Positions 52,204 to 63,391 of a DNA stretch of 64,000 bases are shown piece after piece (the first letter of the stretch is position 1; every line of letters starts with the position of its first letter). Made by a program: the position numbers and the translations under genes. The stretch comes from an uncultured delta proteobacterium (GTDB lineage Bacteria > Desulfobacterota > BSN033 > UBA1163). The stretch lies in contig CAWHBU010000002.1 in the NCBI GenBank assembly GCA_963827685.1, positions 1,120,001 through 1,184,000 of the forward strand. The letters are read 5' to 3'. The notes beneath the pieces are model-generated. The model worked only from the letters and a program-made list of their open reading frames with translations, ran no database searches and was not told the origin of the DNA.

Positions 52204-52940
52204 AAAGGATGGAAATTAACGCCAAAAATCTTTACTACCGGAAACTGAATGAACAAGTCCATCAAGCCATCGGACAAGGCGCAAGAGACATCTTCCTTCG
52301 AAATGTGAATGGACAACGCTACATCGGTGATGGGATTCGGGGGAATATAAAGATCAAAATCGAAGGAGTTCCAGGAAACGACCTGGCCGCCTTTATGGAT
52401 GGTCCGACCATCATCACTCAATCAAGCGCTCAAGACGCGGTTGCCAACACGATGAATGCCGGGAAAATTGTCGTTCATGGAGATGCGGGAGATGTGCTTG
52501 GATACGGGATGAGAGGAGGTAAACTTTTTGTTAGAGGGGATGTCGGGTACCGTGTCGGCATCCACATGAAATCTTTTAAGAAACAGATTCCCGTTATTAT
52601 TATCGGAGGAACAGCAAGAGATTTTCTCGGAGAATATCAGGCAGGGGGCGTAATCATTCTGCTTGGTTTGGAAAGGAACGGAAGGCCTCTTGCGGGGAAT
52701 TACATTGGCACCGGGATGCATGGAGGTGTAATCTATATCCGGGGGAAAGTGGACCCTTTTCAACTGGGAAAGGAGGTCTCCATTTCTCCCGTTGATGGAA
52801 CGGATGATGAACGATTAAGACTTTACCTGAAGGAATACTGTGAAGATTTCAGTCTTTCGTTAGACGAGGTGATGGGGCAAAAGTTCATCAAACTTCTACC
52901 CACCCATTTAAGGCCCTATGGGAAAATTTATGCTTATTAG
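52200..52940 (+). CDS. GXGXG-domain glutamate synthase subunit (GltB3-like)
   Basis: GQRYIG, GVPGNDLA, GYGMRGG, GTGMHGG. Confidence 0.88.
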   Translation: MKRMEINAKNLYYRKLNEQVHQAIGQGARDIFLRNVNGQRYIGDGIRGNIKIKIEGVPGNDLAAFMDGPTIITQSSAQDAVANTMNAGKIVVHGDAGDVLGYGMRGGKLFVRGDVGYRVGIHMKSFKKQIPVIIIGGTARDFLGEYQAGGVIILLGLERNGRPLAGNYIGTGMHGGVIYIRGKVDPFQLGKEVSISPVDGTDDERLRLYLKEYCEDFSLSLDEVMGQKFIKLLPTHLRPYGKIYAY

Positions 52941-52970
52941 GGGTGAGACCCCAGGCAAGGAGGTAGCCTT

Positions 52971-53288
52971 ATGGAAGAAACCCGCTTGTTGAAACTCCTT
53001 CCCCGTGCCAAGAAGGAAGAGAGCCAAGTTGACGGTCACTTGGACCCTCTCGTTCGTTTTAAGGGAGTGGTTCTAAATCTAACCGAAAGCGCATCGGACT
53101 GTTTGAATCGAATCTCCCAGCGAGAGATGCAAAAGGATTCTCCTTCGCCAACCCTCATGGAGGATTACTTTCTCCTACACCACTACCTCGATTTCATCGA
53201 AAGATTGTGCCGAGGCAAGAAGGATTCTTCTTCGTCAGCCCTCACGGAAGAATACCTTCTCCTGCACGAATCTATGCATTTCGAATAG
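52971..53288 (+). CDS. Small hypothetical protein, copy 1
   Basis: AAGGAGGT RBS; near-identical paralog at 53428. Confidence 0.7.
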   Translation: MEETRLLKLLPRAKKEESQVDGHLDPLVRFKGVVLNLTESASDCLNRISQREMQKDSPSPTLMEDYFLLHHYLDFIERLCRGKKDSSSSALTEEYLLLHESMHFE

Positions 53289-53427
53289 AGGCAAAAAAGG
53301 GGGGGCTAACAACCGATCATAGTATTTACGAATGGCATTGGAAATCGCGTCGGCAACCACGTGAAGTCTTTGAAAAAACAGATGCCAGTTATCATCAGCG
53401 GAGGAACCACAAGGAGGAGGTGGCCTT

Positions 53428-53685
53428 ATGAAAGAACCTCACTTTTTAAAACTCATTCCCCCTGCCAAGAAGGAAGAAAGCCAGGTTGACGATCACTCGG
53501 ACCCTCTCGTTCGTTTTAGGGGAGTGGTTCTAAATCTAACCGAAAGCGCATCGGACTGTTTGAATCGAATTTCCCAGCGAGAGACCCAAAAAGATTCTCC
53601 TTCGCCAATCCTCATGGAGGATTACTTTCTCCTGCACCACTACCTCGATTTCATTAAAAGACTGTGCCAAGGAAAGTCGGTTTAA
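53428..53685 (+). CDS. Small hypothetical protein, copy 2
   Basis: AGGAGGT RBS; paralog of 52971. Confidence 0.7.
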   Translation: MKEPHFLKLIPPAKKEESQVDDHSDPLVRFRGVVLNLTESASDCLNRISQRETQKDSPSPILMEDYFLLHHYLDFIKRLCQGKSV

Positions 53686-53957
53686 TTTTGGTACAGGAGA
53701 CCTCGATGGTGAATTACTACCACCTACACTACTATTGCAACCACAACAAGACAGATACTTTCTTCAATATTCTTTAATATTCTTCCTCATTTCGTCCCTC
53801 TTTGTCTCCCCCAAAGAAGAACTGCCCCAATGCAACTACGTCGCAGAAAGAAAAAGGATTAGAGAATGTTTGGCATCGTCGGATATCTCGCAATATGCCC
53901 TGCTTCTTTGTCTTGACAATGGAAAGGGGTTTATGTTATTTGGTCTATAACTCCGTA

Positions 53958-54034
53958 AATACGAAGGGGTATTGACTAGACAAGGGCGTCTTCTCCCGGA
54001 ATGTATTCCGGGTTTAATAGAGGCCCTTTTTTTT
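53958..54034 (+). promoter_or_regulatory. ANTAR-type dual-hexaloop attenuator (glnA2 leader)
   Basis: AATAC-GAAGGG-GTATT, then GAC-AAGGGC-GTC; AAGGGCGTCT pairs with AGAGGCCCTT followed by a T8 run; TTGACA at 53913. Confidence 0.7.
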
Positions 54035-54066
54035 AACCTTTTATAGCTTTAGAAGAGGAGGAAGAG

Positions 54067-55392
54067 ATGGATAAAGAAAAACAAAATGTGTTGAAGTTGG
54101 CGAAGGAGAATGATGTCAAATTTATTCGACTCTGGTTCACGGACATTCTGGGGTTTTTAAAAGGGTTTGCCATCACCATCGATGAACTGGAGGGTGCTCT
54201 TGAAGAAGGGATGGGGTTTGATGGCTCCTCCATTCAAGGCTATGCCCGCATCGATGAGAGTGATATGATCGCCAAACCCGATCCCAAAACTTTTCAGATC
54301 GTCCCGTGGAGGCCTAAAGAGAATGCTGTTGCCAGGATGTTTGCAGATATCTATGAGCCTGATGGAACCCCTTACAAGGGAGATCCGCGATGGGCGTTAA
54401 AACGGACTCTTAAGAAGGCTCAAGACCTTGGCTACACCCTTTACGTCGGTCCTGAGCTGGAGTACTTCTATTTCAAGGGGAATGATGGGACAGAGATACT
54501 CGACAAAGGAGGTTATTTTGACCTTACCCCCCTGGATGTGGCGACCGAGCTTCGGCGGGAGACCATCTTAACGCTGGAAGCCATGGGAATTCATGTGGAA
54601 TATAGCCATCATGAGGTGGCCCCGAGCCAGCACGAAATTGACCTCCGTTACACAGATGCCCTGACCATGGCAGATAATGCGATGACCTATCGGCTCGTTG
54701 TGAAGGAAATTGCATTGAAACACGGCGTCTATGCGACCTTCATGCCCAAACCCATCTTTGGCCAGAATGGAAGTGGCATGCACACGCACCAATCTCTTTT
54801 TAAGGGCAATAAGAATGCCTTCTTCGATCCAAAAGATGAATTTCATCTCTCCAAGATTGCCAAGTCTTATATGGCCGGGGTTTTGAAACACTCCAAGGAA
54901 ATTACTTCCATCACTTCTCAGTGGGTGAACTCTTACAAGAGGCTTGTCCCGGGCTACGAAGCGCCCGTCTATATCTCCTGGGCGCGCAGGAATCGGTCAG
55001 CCCTCGTTCGTGTTCCTATGTATAAACCGGGAAAGGAAAAAGCCACACGAATGGAATATCGGTCCCCAGACCCAGCCTGCAATCCATACCTGACATTTGC
55101 TGTAATGTTGGCAGCTGGGTTAAAGGGGATTGAAAAGGGTTATGAACTTTCTCCTCCCGTTGAAGAAGACATCTTCGAAATGTCTGAGGCGGCGAGGAAG
55201 AAACACGGGATCGACTCTCTTCCAGGAAATTTATTGGAAGCCATACAACTCACAGAAAAAAGTGAGCTCGTAAAGGAAACATTGGGAGATCATATCTTCC
55301 AAAAATTTATTGAGAACAAAAAGATCGAATGGGATCAATACCGAACCCATGTCTCCCATTTCGAATTAGAAAAATATCTCCCTATTCTATAA
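54067..55392 (+). CDS. glnA: Glutamine synthetase type I-alpha
   Basis: FDGSSIQG, GPELEY, SHHEVAP, NGSGMH; lacks the beta-type insertion; EEDIF in place of the adenylylated Tyr. Confidence 0.93.
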   Translation: MDKEKQNVLKLAKENDVKFIRLWFTDILGFLKGFAITIDELEGALEEGMGFDGSSIQGYARIDESDMIAKPDPKTFQIVPWRPKENAVARMFADIYEPDGTPYKGDPRWALKRTLKKAQDLGYTLYVGPELEYFYFKGNDGTEILDKGGYFDLTPLDVATELRRETILTLEAMGIHVEYSHHEVAPSQHEIDLRYTDALTMADNAMTYRLVVKEIALKHGVYATFMPKPIFGQNGSGMHTHQSLFKGNKNAFFDPKDEFHLSKIAKSYMAGVLKHSKEITSITSQWVNSYKRLVPGYEAPVYISWARRNRSALVRVPMYKPGKEKATRMEYRSPDPACNPYLTFAVMLAAGLKGIEKGYELSPPVEEDIFEMSEAARKKHGIDSLPGNLLEAIQLTEKSELVKETLGDHIFQKFIENKKIEWDQYRTHVSHFELEKYLPIL

Positions 55393-55394
55393 GA

Positions 55395-55431
55395 TTCAAC
55401 CCGCAGATTCTTAATGAATCTGGGGGTTGAA
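55395..55431 (+). terminator. Hairpin after glnA2
   Basis: TTCAACCC-g-CAGATTC-ttaat-GAATCTG-g-GGGTTGAA. Confidence 0.5.
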
Positions 55432-55583
55432 TCTATTATAATTAGGTAATATGTTGAAGGTCACATCCTGGACGTTGAGAGTGTGACCTTCAATGATATT
55501 GTGCTCTGATTACGAAGCTGTCTTCTGGTAGGGGTCATAATCCAGAAAATCATTCTAACGATGAAACGAGGTTAATCACCAAA

Positions 55584-58500
55584 GTGAACGAGAAGAAACC
55601 TAAATTAACCTGGATTAAATCTCTTGAAGCGTTTTTGAGCCGGAATCCCGGCCTGAAGATGATCGATGATCCAGAGAAACTTGAATATTACCGCAATGAC
55701 CTGAACGTTGATCTTCCTCCCATGATTCGCGACCTCATGCTGAAGAGCTTGCCTGATATCATTTTCCAGCCCACCACTGAAGAACACCTGCTGGAGATTT
55801 TTGCGTTTGCCCGAGATCATAAAATCCCAGTAACCATAAGGGGCGCTGGAACTTGGGGATATGGCGGAGCAGTACCTACCCGCGGAGGAATACTCATCGA
55901 TCTCGGGTTAATGGACACGATTGAGGTCAATCCTGAAACCCTGCAGTTGACAGTGGGTCCAGGTGCACGTTTTCTCGACATACACCGGGAACTCGAACGC
56001 AAAGGCCTAACCCTTCTCAGCATGACTTCTGGGAAGGGCGGAACCCTCATAGGCTGGATGGCCACAGGAGGCATGGGATTTGGCACCTTTCGCCATGGCC
56101 CGGTGCGAAATCAGCTGATCTCCATACGGGTAATCACACCCGAGGGCAAGGCACGAGATCTGAAGTCTGACGACCCGGAGGTCGGTTACTTCCTTTCCAC
56201 TGAAGGGCAGATGGGAATTATTGTGAAAGCCACACTCAAGGTTGGCCGACGACCATCACAATGGTATCCTTTCGTTCTCCCCTTTGAAAGGACGTCTGCT
56301 GCCTATGCCTTTGCGAAGCAGGTTTCCCATCACCTCTTGCTCAAGCCTCATGACGTGATCGTTTACCACACCAAATTGGTGTGCGTCCTCAAGGAACAAT
56401 CAAATGGAAAAATGTCGATTGAGGATAAGAACGTGGTCCTGGTCGCATTTGCCGATGAGGGGCAGGCCCGTGGGTTCAAGGCTTTTCTGAATGATCACGG
56501 CATTCAGCCAGCTGATGAAGCATCAGCCCATTACCTCTGGGAAGAGCGGTTCCTCCCCATGTCCATCAAGCATCTTGGGCCGTCTCTTCTGGCCACGGAG
56601 GTGCTTCTCCCTCTGGATCAAGTCGCTGCCTACTTTGAAAAAATCAGCCAATGGGGCAAACGCTTAGGTGTCACTTTTTACCCATCCTCTCATCTCATCA
56701 GTCAAGACCAAGTCCTCTTTCTCGCCATGGTCGCCTCTGACTATCGGAAGGCTATTTTCTACGTAGACCTCATGCTCGTTCCGATGATGGTCAGGCTGGC
56801 TGTCCAGCTTTATCGTGGAAAGCCTTATGGACTGGGGATCTGGAATACACCTTTCTTACGCGACCTCCACCCCAAGGAAGAGTTGAAACAGCTGCGCCAA
56901 TACAAGAAGGTTGTAGATCCTGCCGGAATCCTCAACCCGGGAAAATTCTTTTCTGTCTCAGGGAGACTGGGCCCTCTTCAAAAGATACTCTTCCACCCAA
57001 ACCTCTTTAACCTTGAGATTTCTTCAACACAGTGGCTCCTCTTCAAACTCTTCTCCATCATCCCGGAGAAGACGCTTCGAAAGCAAATCCCCGTTGCTCC
57101 GGAAGGGCTTGAAGGGATTGCAAACGATGTCCTGTCCTGTGCCCAGTGCGGAAACTGCGTGTCCCGGTGTCCTGTTTACCGCGCCACTGGAAATGAAATT
57201 CTCACAGCGAGAGGAAAACTGCTCACCGTGAAGCGAGCCCTGGAAGCGAAAAAGGTCGAGTTGTCGAAGCTCCTGCCCCTTTACTTCTGTCTCCACTGCG
57301 GACGCTGCGATGAAGAATGCCAGGTCAATCTAAAACATCGCGAACTTTACGACCACTTGGAGAACTTCCTATCCCGAACCATCGATTTTCCAATTCAACA
57401 AATAACGGACTTCGTTCAGGAGGTGGAGAGAAGCCCGGAGTTTTACCGTTTTCTCGATGTGATCCGAACGGGTTTCGACCAGAAGATTCACGAACAGCGA
57501 CAGACCTTCCCGAGGTACCGTGTTCTCATTGATGAAGAATACTGTCTCCATTGCGGCACCTGTGTCGATGCCTGTATGTATAGCGTGCGGAAGCGTGACG
57601 AGTCAGATCCCCGTAAGGTTGTGATTGCTGACGAAGCACTCTGTCGCGGCTGTGGGGCGTGTTTGGAGCGGTGTCCACAAATTGCAGCCGGACTGGCAGC
57701 CACTTCCGTTGAACTGCATCCAGACTATCTCAGCTTGGATGACCCGTACTGGAAAAGCGAAGTGATTGGCCGCATCGACCTGGAGGCGACGACAGGCAAG
57801 ATTCCTGTCTCCGGCACGGGCCAGGGAGACCCGCATCGTGGCTCCGGGAACGACGGCATTCGTTTCGGTCACTTTCATATCGTGGGACCTGCGCAGAATC
57901 TCCTCTATGAAAGCTCCGCAGACGCCATCGCCGTCCAACTCGGGAAGCGGCCGAAATATTTGACGTTCAACGGACACAGGATCGAGACCCCTCCCCCCGC
58001 CTGATCGGGCTGAAAACGCCCCTCCTCCTCGATGTGATGCCGATGGATGGGGGAGAAACCTTATTGGACTCCATGTTTGAGGCCGCCCGAACCATGGGGA
58101 CCCGTCTCACCCTCCGGTTAGAAGAAGTTGAGAAATACGGGTTGAAGATCGGGGATCGACTGCATTCTCTGATTCTTCGGTTGACTGCAAACGACGTTAG
58201 GAACCTGGCCGCGGGAAAGAAGTGGCCTGAAGTCTTTCAGAATCATTCTTGCGATTCGATAGAAATCGAACTGGACGACACGGTTCTGGCACGAATCGAT
58301 GAATTGAAACGTCTCTTCGCTGGATCCACTGTTCTCTCCGCCGTCATAAAGATCAAAAAGGACGATGTGGATTCGGAGCTCAGGCCAGCGCCGATATTCC
58401 AGCAAAAGCTGGAATCCTTATTCCGATCGCCTTTTGATATTTTGTGCCTCACGTCAGATTACGACTCAGACAAAGGATACTACCCCACCACGGATGCAGT

Positions 58501-61500
58501 GCCCGCGGTTCATCGATTTCTGGTCGAGCAGAAACTGCGCCACCGGTTTTCAATCCTTGCTGCTGGAGGGATCCGCTCTGCGGCTGATTCGCAAAAGACG
58601 ATTCAGCGAGGCGCCAACGGAATAAAGATCGATTGGCCCGTGCTGTTGACCGCTGATCCAATGGCACGGCAGAGATTCCTCAGAGGCGAACAGATCCAGA
58701 TTTCATTTGATACACCGGCATTGGCAAAGCGAATCACCAACCTCATCCGGGTATGGAATGTTCAGATCATTGAAGTTCTTGGCGCCTCTGGGTTTAAGGA
58801 GATCAGAAAAACCGTGGGCGAAGAGAATCGGCTGCTCATTTTTGACGACCTTGAGGAACGGGTTTACGACATCTTTAAGAACCAAGGTCGCCTGGACCGA
58901 AACAGCCAATGCAACCCAGCCCGTATACAGAGAGAGGGAGATGGCTTTGGATGGCGGTACAGTCAATTGACGAATCTTATTCAGCCCACGCATCTCCCGC
59001 ACCGATTCTACAACTGTGACCTGAAACCCTCGTGCTATCGCATCTTCGATCGCGATTATGTCTGGCCGGCCTCCCTCATTGCATCCGTTGGCCGCATGGC
59101 CAGTGGAGACCGGGAGGCGCTTTTGCTCAGCCATACAGAGGAGCGAGGCAATCTCGGAGATGGCTTCGATTTTATCCAGGTCCAGTTTCAGCAGAACCCT
59201 GATACTATCCCAGAGGGAATGCTGGATGAAGTATCAACCGCTCTTCAGATCACCCCTCAATTGCGACTGAAGGCACCCTTTATCGGAGCCGGAATGTCTG
59301 TTGGGTCCATTGGCCCGGGGACCTGGCGTGCCCGAGTCTTGGCAACCCGTGCCCTCAGGACCCAGATGGATACTGGCGAAGGTGGATACCCGACTATTTT
59401 TATCCTTGATTCGAAGTGGAACCCTCTGGACTTAACGGATCAACAAGTGGCTCTTTTAGGCCGGTTCATGGAAGAAAGGAAGCTCATCCCCGTAGAGGAG
59501 TTGATCAAAAAGGTCCGCCAGGAGGTGGACGAATCCCTTGAATATCAGGGATTACTGGATGCGCTCGGAAAATATCCGGCTTCCATGCCGATCCAGTACG
59601 TTCCCATTGTCACGCCCGAAGACGAGCCTTATGTCTCCACTCAACTCAAGACAGGTCTATTTGGAGTGACCAAGGAGAGTATCCGACGTGCCCGCCGCGT
59701 GGTGATCGCTTACAGCCAGGGAGCTAAACAAGGTGTCGGTGGTCACTTGCTGGGAAGAAAAGTCTTTGGTCTGGTCTCGAGGCTGCGGGGAGTCGCCGAA
59801 GGGGTCAGCCTTATCTCCCCCTTCCCTTTTCATAATTGCTATTCGATTGAAGATGTGAAGGCATTCATCGACGCTGTCCGGATGATCAACCGTCATACGA
59901 CCATCTGCATCAAGGTTTCGCCATCTCCTGATATTGAATTCATCGTTTCCGGCCTCGCCCGCATCGCCAAGGACAACCAGATGGTCGTCGAAGTCTGGTT
60001 GGATGGACCTCGCGGAGGCACAGGCGCAGCTCCGGACATCATCAAGGGCCAGATGGGAATGCACATGGAGTACGCGATCCCCCTTTGCCATGAGAAATTG
60101 ATGGACGACGGACTGAGAGATTACGTTGTTTTCATGGGAAGCGGCGGATTTCGCACATGGGGAGACGTGATCAAGGGAATCGCCTTGGGACTTGATGGTG
60201 TCGTCCTGGGTACCGCAGACCTTGTGGCCATCGGTTGTGTTCGGGACCGCAACTGCGAGTCAGGGTGCCGAAGTGGTATCTCCACCATTGAACCGAGAAT
60301 GCAGCTGTTACGCGATGTTGAAGTAAATACCCAACAGATCATCAACTTCCGTTCAATTCTCCAAGCTCAGACGATTAGAGCCCTTGCAGCTCTGGGTATG
60401 AAAGACATCAGAGAACTACGGGGCCATTATGATTGCATCCAATGGCCACTTCTCGAAGAGAGAGTCCGAGAGCGTCGCCGTCGTAGGGCTGAGATTTCAT
60501 TGGCTCGCCCTTTCGGCAGGCAAGGAGAAGCCTCACAGCAAATAGCGGCAAATCCGATGCCCGCTCCCTCGGATTGTGGTGTCGCTGCCATTGTCTCCAA
60601 CCATTTCATCCCGAGTCACGTAATGGACTTGATGCTTGAACGTATGGGTAACCGCGGCATGGATGGGGTTGGAATTTGGAAAGGAGGCTGTTACCCCCTT
60701 CATATGGATCAGTATGCCCTGCAGGTCTTAGTCAAGGGCATACTTCAATCCGACGTCGAGCAGGAATATACGTTCAAAGAACCAGATCTCAATCTAGTAG
60801 AAATTCGTCGGCGAGCCAGGCAGGAGGTCTTGGCCGAGCGCCGCCATATCATGCAAGAAATCTTTGACCACTATTTCACAGGGGTTGAACTGGATGGTTT
60901 CAACGGCGACCTGGAGAAGTGCCGTTTCCCGTATCGGCTCGATCAGGAAGGTCACGAACAGGATTTCCGACTCTTCGGCGAGAAGGATCCGGGCGATGTG
61001 TTCCGATTCTTTGTACGGGTGCGACGTGAAGAGTTGTATCGCTTTGTGGAGAATGACCTGCTCAAGGATTCCATCTGGCCACCCCGTCAGATGCGCTATC
61101 GAGATCTGACCGTTGAGAATTACGGAACGAACATAGATTTTTTGCAGGAGGCCGAGGACGAGTACATCTACCGGCTTTCCCGCAAGATCACACGGGAGAA
61201 CTACGCAGAGGCTCCACAAAAGAAGGCGGCGGTTATGTCGTGTGGTAAGAACTCCGGCTGCTGGAAGAGCGATGGTCGGGAAATTCCATGGGAGCTTCCA
61301 GAAGCGCCTGTAAATGTTATCCATCGGCGGTTAGCCACTGGTTCTGTGGTGGACCAGATGAATGCCCACCCCTTTGCTGAGCTTCACACAGCCTTGACCC
61401 ACAATGGGGAGACGACGAATTATCGCACGATGCTGAATCGAGTCTCACAGTTCAACCTGACGCCTTTGGCTCAAACCGATACAGCCGTGGCGTCTCTTAA

Positions 61501-63175
61501 ACTTCACCTGCTCAGCCAATACCTCCATTATCCCTTCGACGCTCTTGTTGAATCTTTTTCACCCACGACAGGGTGGAAGCTGACCCAGTTGCCTCCTGAG
61601 ATAAAGGACCGCTTCGAGCATGTGCAGGAGGTAGAGTTGGAAAGTGCTCCAGATGGCCCGTACCAATACCTTTGCGGTCGGATCGACCCCTATCGCAGGG
61701 TCATCGAGCGGTTGGACATTATCGACCCGTCCTTGCTTCGGCCCAACGTGGCAATGCTCTATGACGATGGAGATAATTTCGTGAGCATCATCTGTTCCGA
61801 GAAACAAGGGAGTGATGCAGGGTTGCAGGAGCTTCATCGTCTGGGGATCGTGCGAAGCACCCACCCACCTTTGACCTTCACAGTCAACACAGGCATGGTG
61901 AGCAGGGTCTTCTACGACGAGAAGGGAAAAATCACAAGCCACGAGGTATTAGACAAATTCGGCAAACGGCTGGATATTCCCCACGGGACGTATCCTTCTG
62001 CAGAGTCACTCCCTTCTGTGGCCGGCGGCATAGGAATCCAGAAGATATCCGATCCTTCCGTCTTTGTGCGAGATCGGCTATCCCGTTGGGGGTTTGGCGA
62101 ATTCAAAACGGCTTTAGAGCAGATAACAAGGAATTCTTCAATGGTGCAAGCAGTCAAGGAGCTGACCCGAATCCACGACTATCTGCCGGGTTGGGAAACC
62201 GGAGATAAAGATAGAGGGACTCTTCAACATATCCTCGAAGACCATATCAACTCGGCCTTGGATCGCGTGAACGGTGAAAATGGAATCGTTCGCGTTAGCT
62301 TGGCCAATGCTGGAAAGCTCAAAAAACCTGAAGGGACAGACCAGATCTTAGTAATTGACAGCCGGGGATTTCGGCCCGAAGGCATCGATCCGTTGAAGGT
62401 GCTGAGCTGTTTTCTCGATCATGCCCATCGCATGGGATGGAGAAAATTCATCGTCTACAGAGCGGAGGGCCAACGGGGTATTGGCATGGGTATGGGGTCC
62501 GGCCTAACCCTGGACACCACCGTAGACGTTTATGGAAGTCCGGGTGAATACTGTGGTGCATTCAACATGGGAACCTTGGTGCGCGTTCATGGCCATGCTC
62601 AGAACTTCACTGGAATGGTCATGCACTCTGGAACACTTGAGATCCATGGTGACGTGGGAAAGGTAACAGGATACTCTGCAAAGGGAGGAACATTCAATAT
62701 CCTTGGCAACGTCGTAGACCGGGGATGGGTCTGCGCGGTGAGCGACCCCCGTGGCCCGGGGCTTGAGGTCAACATCGTGGGGACTGCGTACGAGCACCTC
62801 TGCCAGGCCTTAATGGGTGGATCCGTAATCATGCTTGGTCTCTTTCGGGGGTATGACGGAATGCTCCGTCAAATGGATTCCCCTTACAGTGGCGCTAAAA
62901 TCTTGGCAGGTGCCTCTGCCGGAGAAGTAGTCTTCTATGACCCTAAAAAGAGATTGGAAGAAGGACAGTACAAGAGTTGTGCCATACAACCTATCAATGA
63001 TAAGAAGTGGGAAGAGATCGTGGGCCGCCTTATGAAACTGGAAAGTATCTTTGGCCTAGGTTTCTCTCGAGAAAACAGCCATCTCACGGCTCATATCGAC
63101 GGACGACTGAAAACCATCACGCCCGAGAGTTTTCGATGGATATTACCAAAGGGTGAGTTGGAGGGTTATCACTAG
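55584..63175 (+). CDS. Giant FAD-oxidase/ferredoxin/glutamate-synthase-like fusion (about 2530 aa), split by a 1-nt frameshift
   Basis: RGAGTWGYGG...DPAGILNPGK, four CxxCxxCxxxC, two FMN-barrel-like regions, SDCGVAA GATase, GXGXG tail; adding one C to 57993-57998 gives ETPPPRLIGLKTPLL. Confidence 0.8.
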
Positions 63176-63207
63176 TGCAGTGATTCAGAAATCTCTTTCC
63201 ATTATTT

Positions 63208-63272
63208 GTCATTCCGGGCTTGACCCGGAATCCAGTGTCTGTGGGCTGGATTCCCGCCTTCGCGGGAATGAC
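63208..63272. repeat. REP-like GTCATTCC...GGAATGAC palindrome
   Basis: Two hairpins within terminal IRs; outer TGCAGTGA...TCACTGCA IR around 63175-63312. Confidence 0.7.
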
Positions 63273-63391
63273 GGCCTCGGAATTAATGTAAAGAAGCCTT
63301 TGATTCACTGCAATAGGTACAATTTATCTCCTCCCCTTTTCACAGTGGATTCCATCTCACAGAAGCCACTCTGTTGACTCATAATAAAATG

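Noticed and set aside
55452-55496. TTGAAGGTCACA...TGTGACCTTCAA hairpin before the giant gene as a riboswitch
   Set aside because: A real inverted repeat, but with no U-tail, no second copy and no recognisable aptamer; function unsupported
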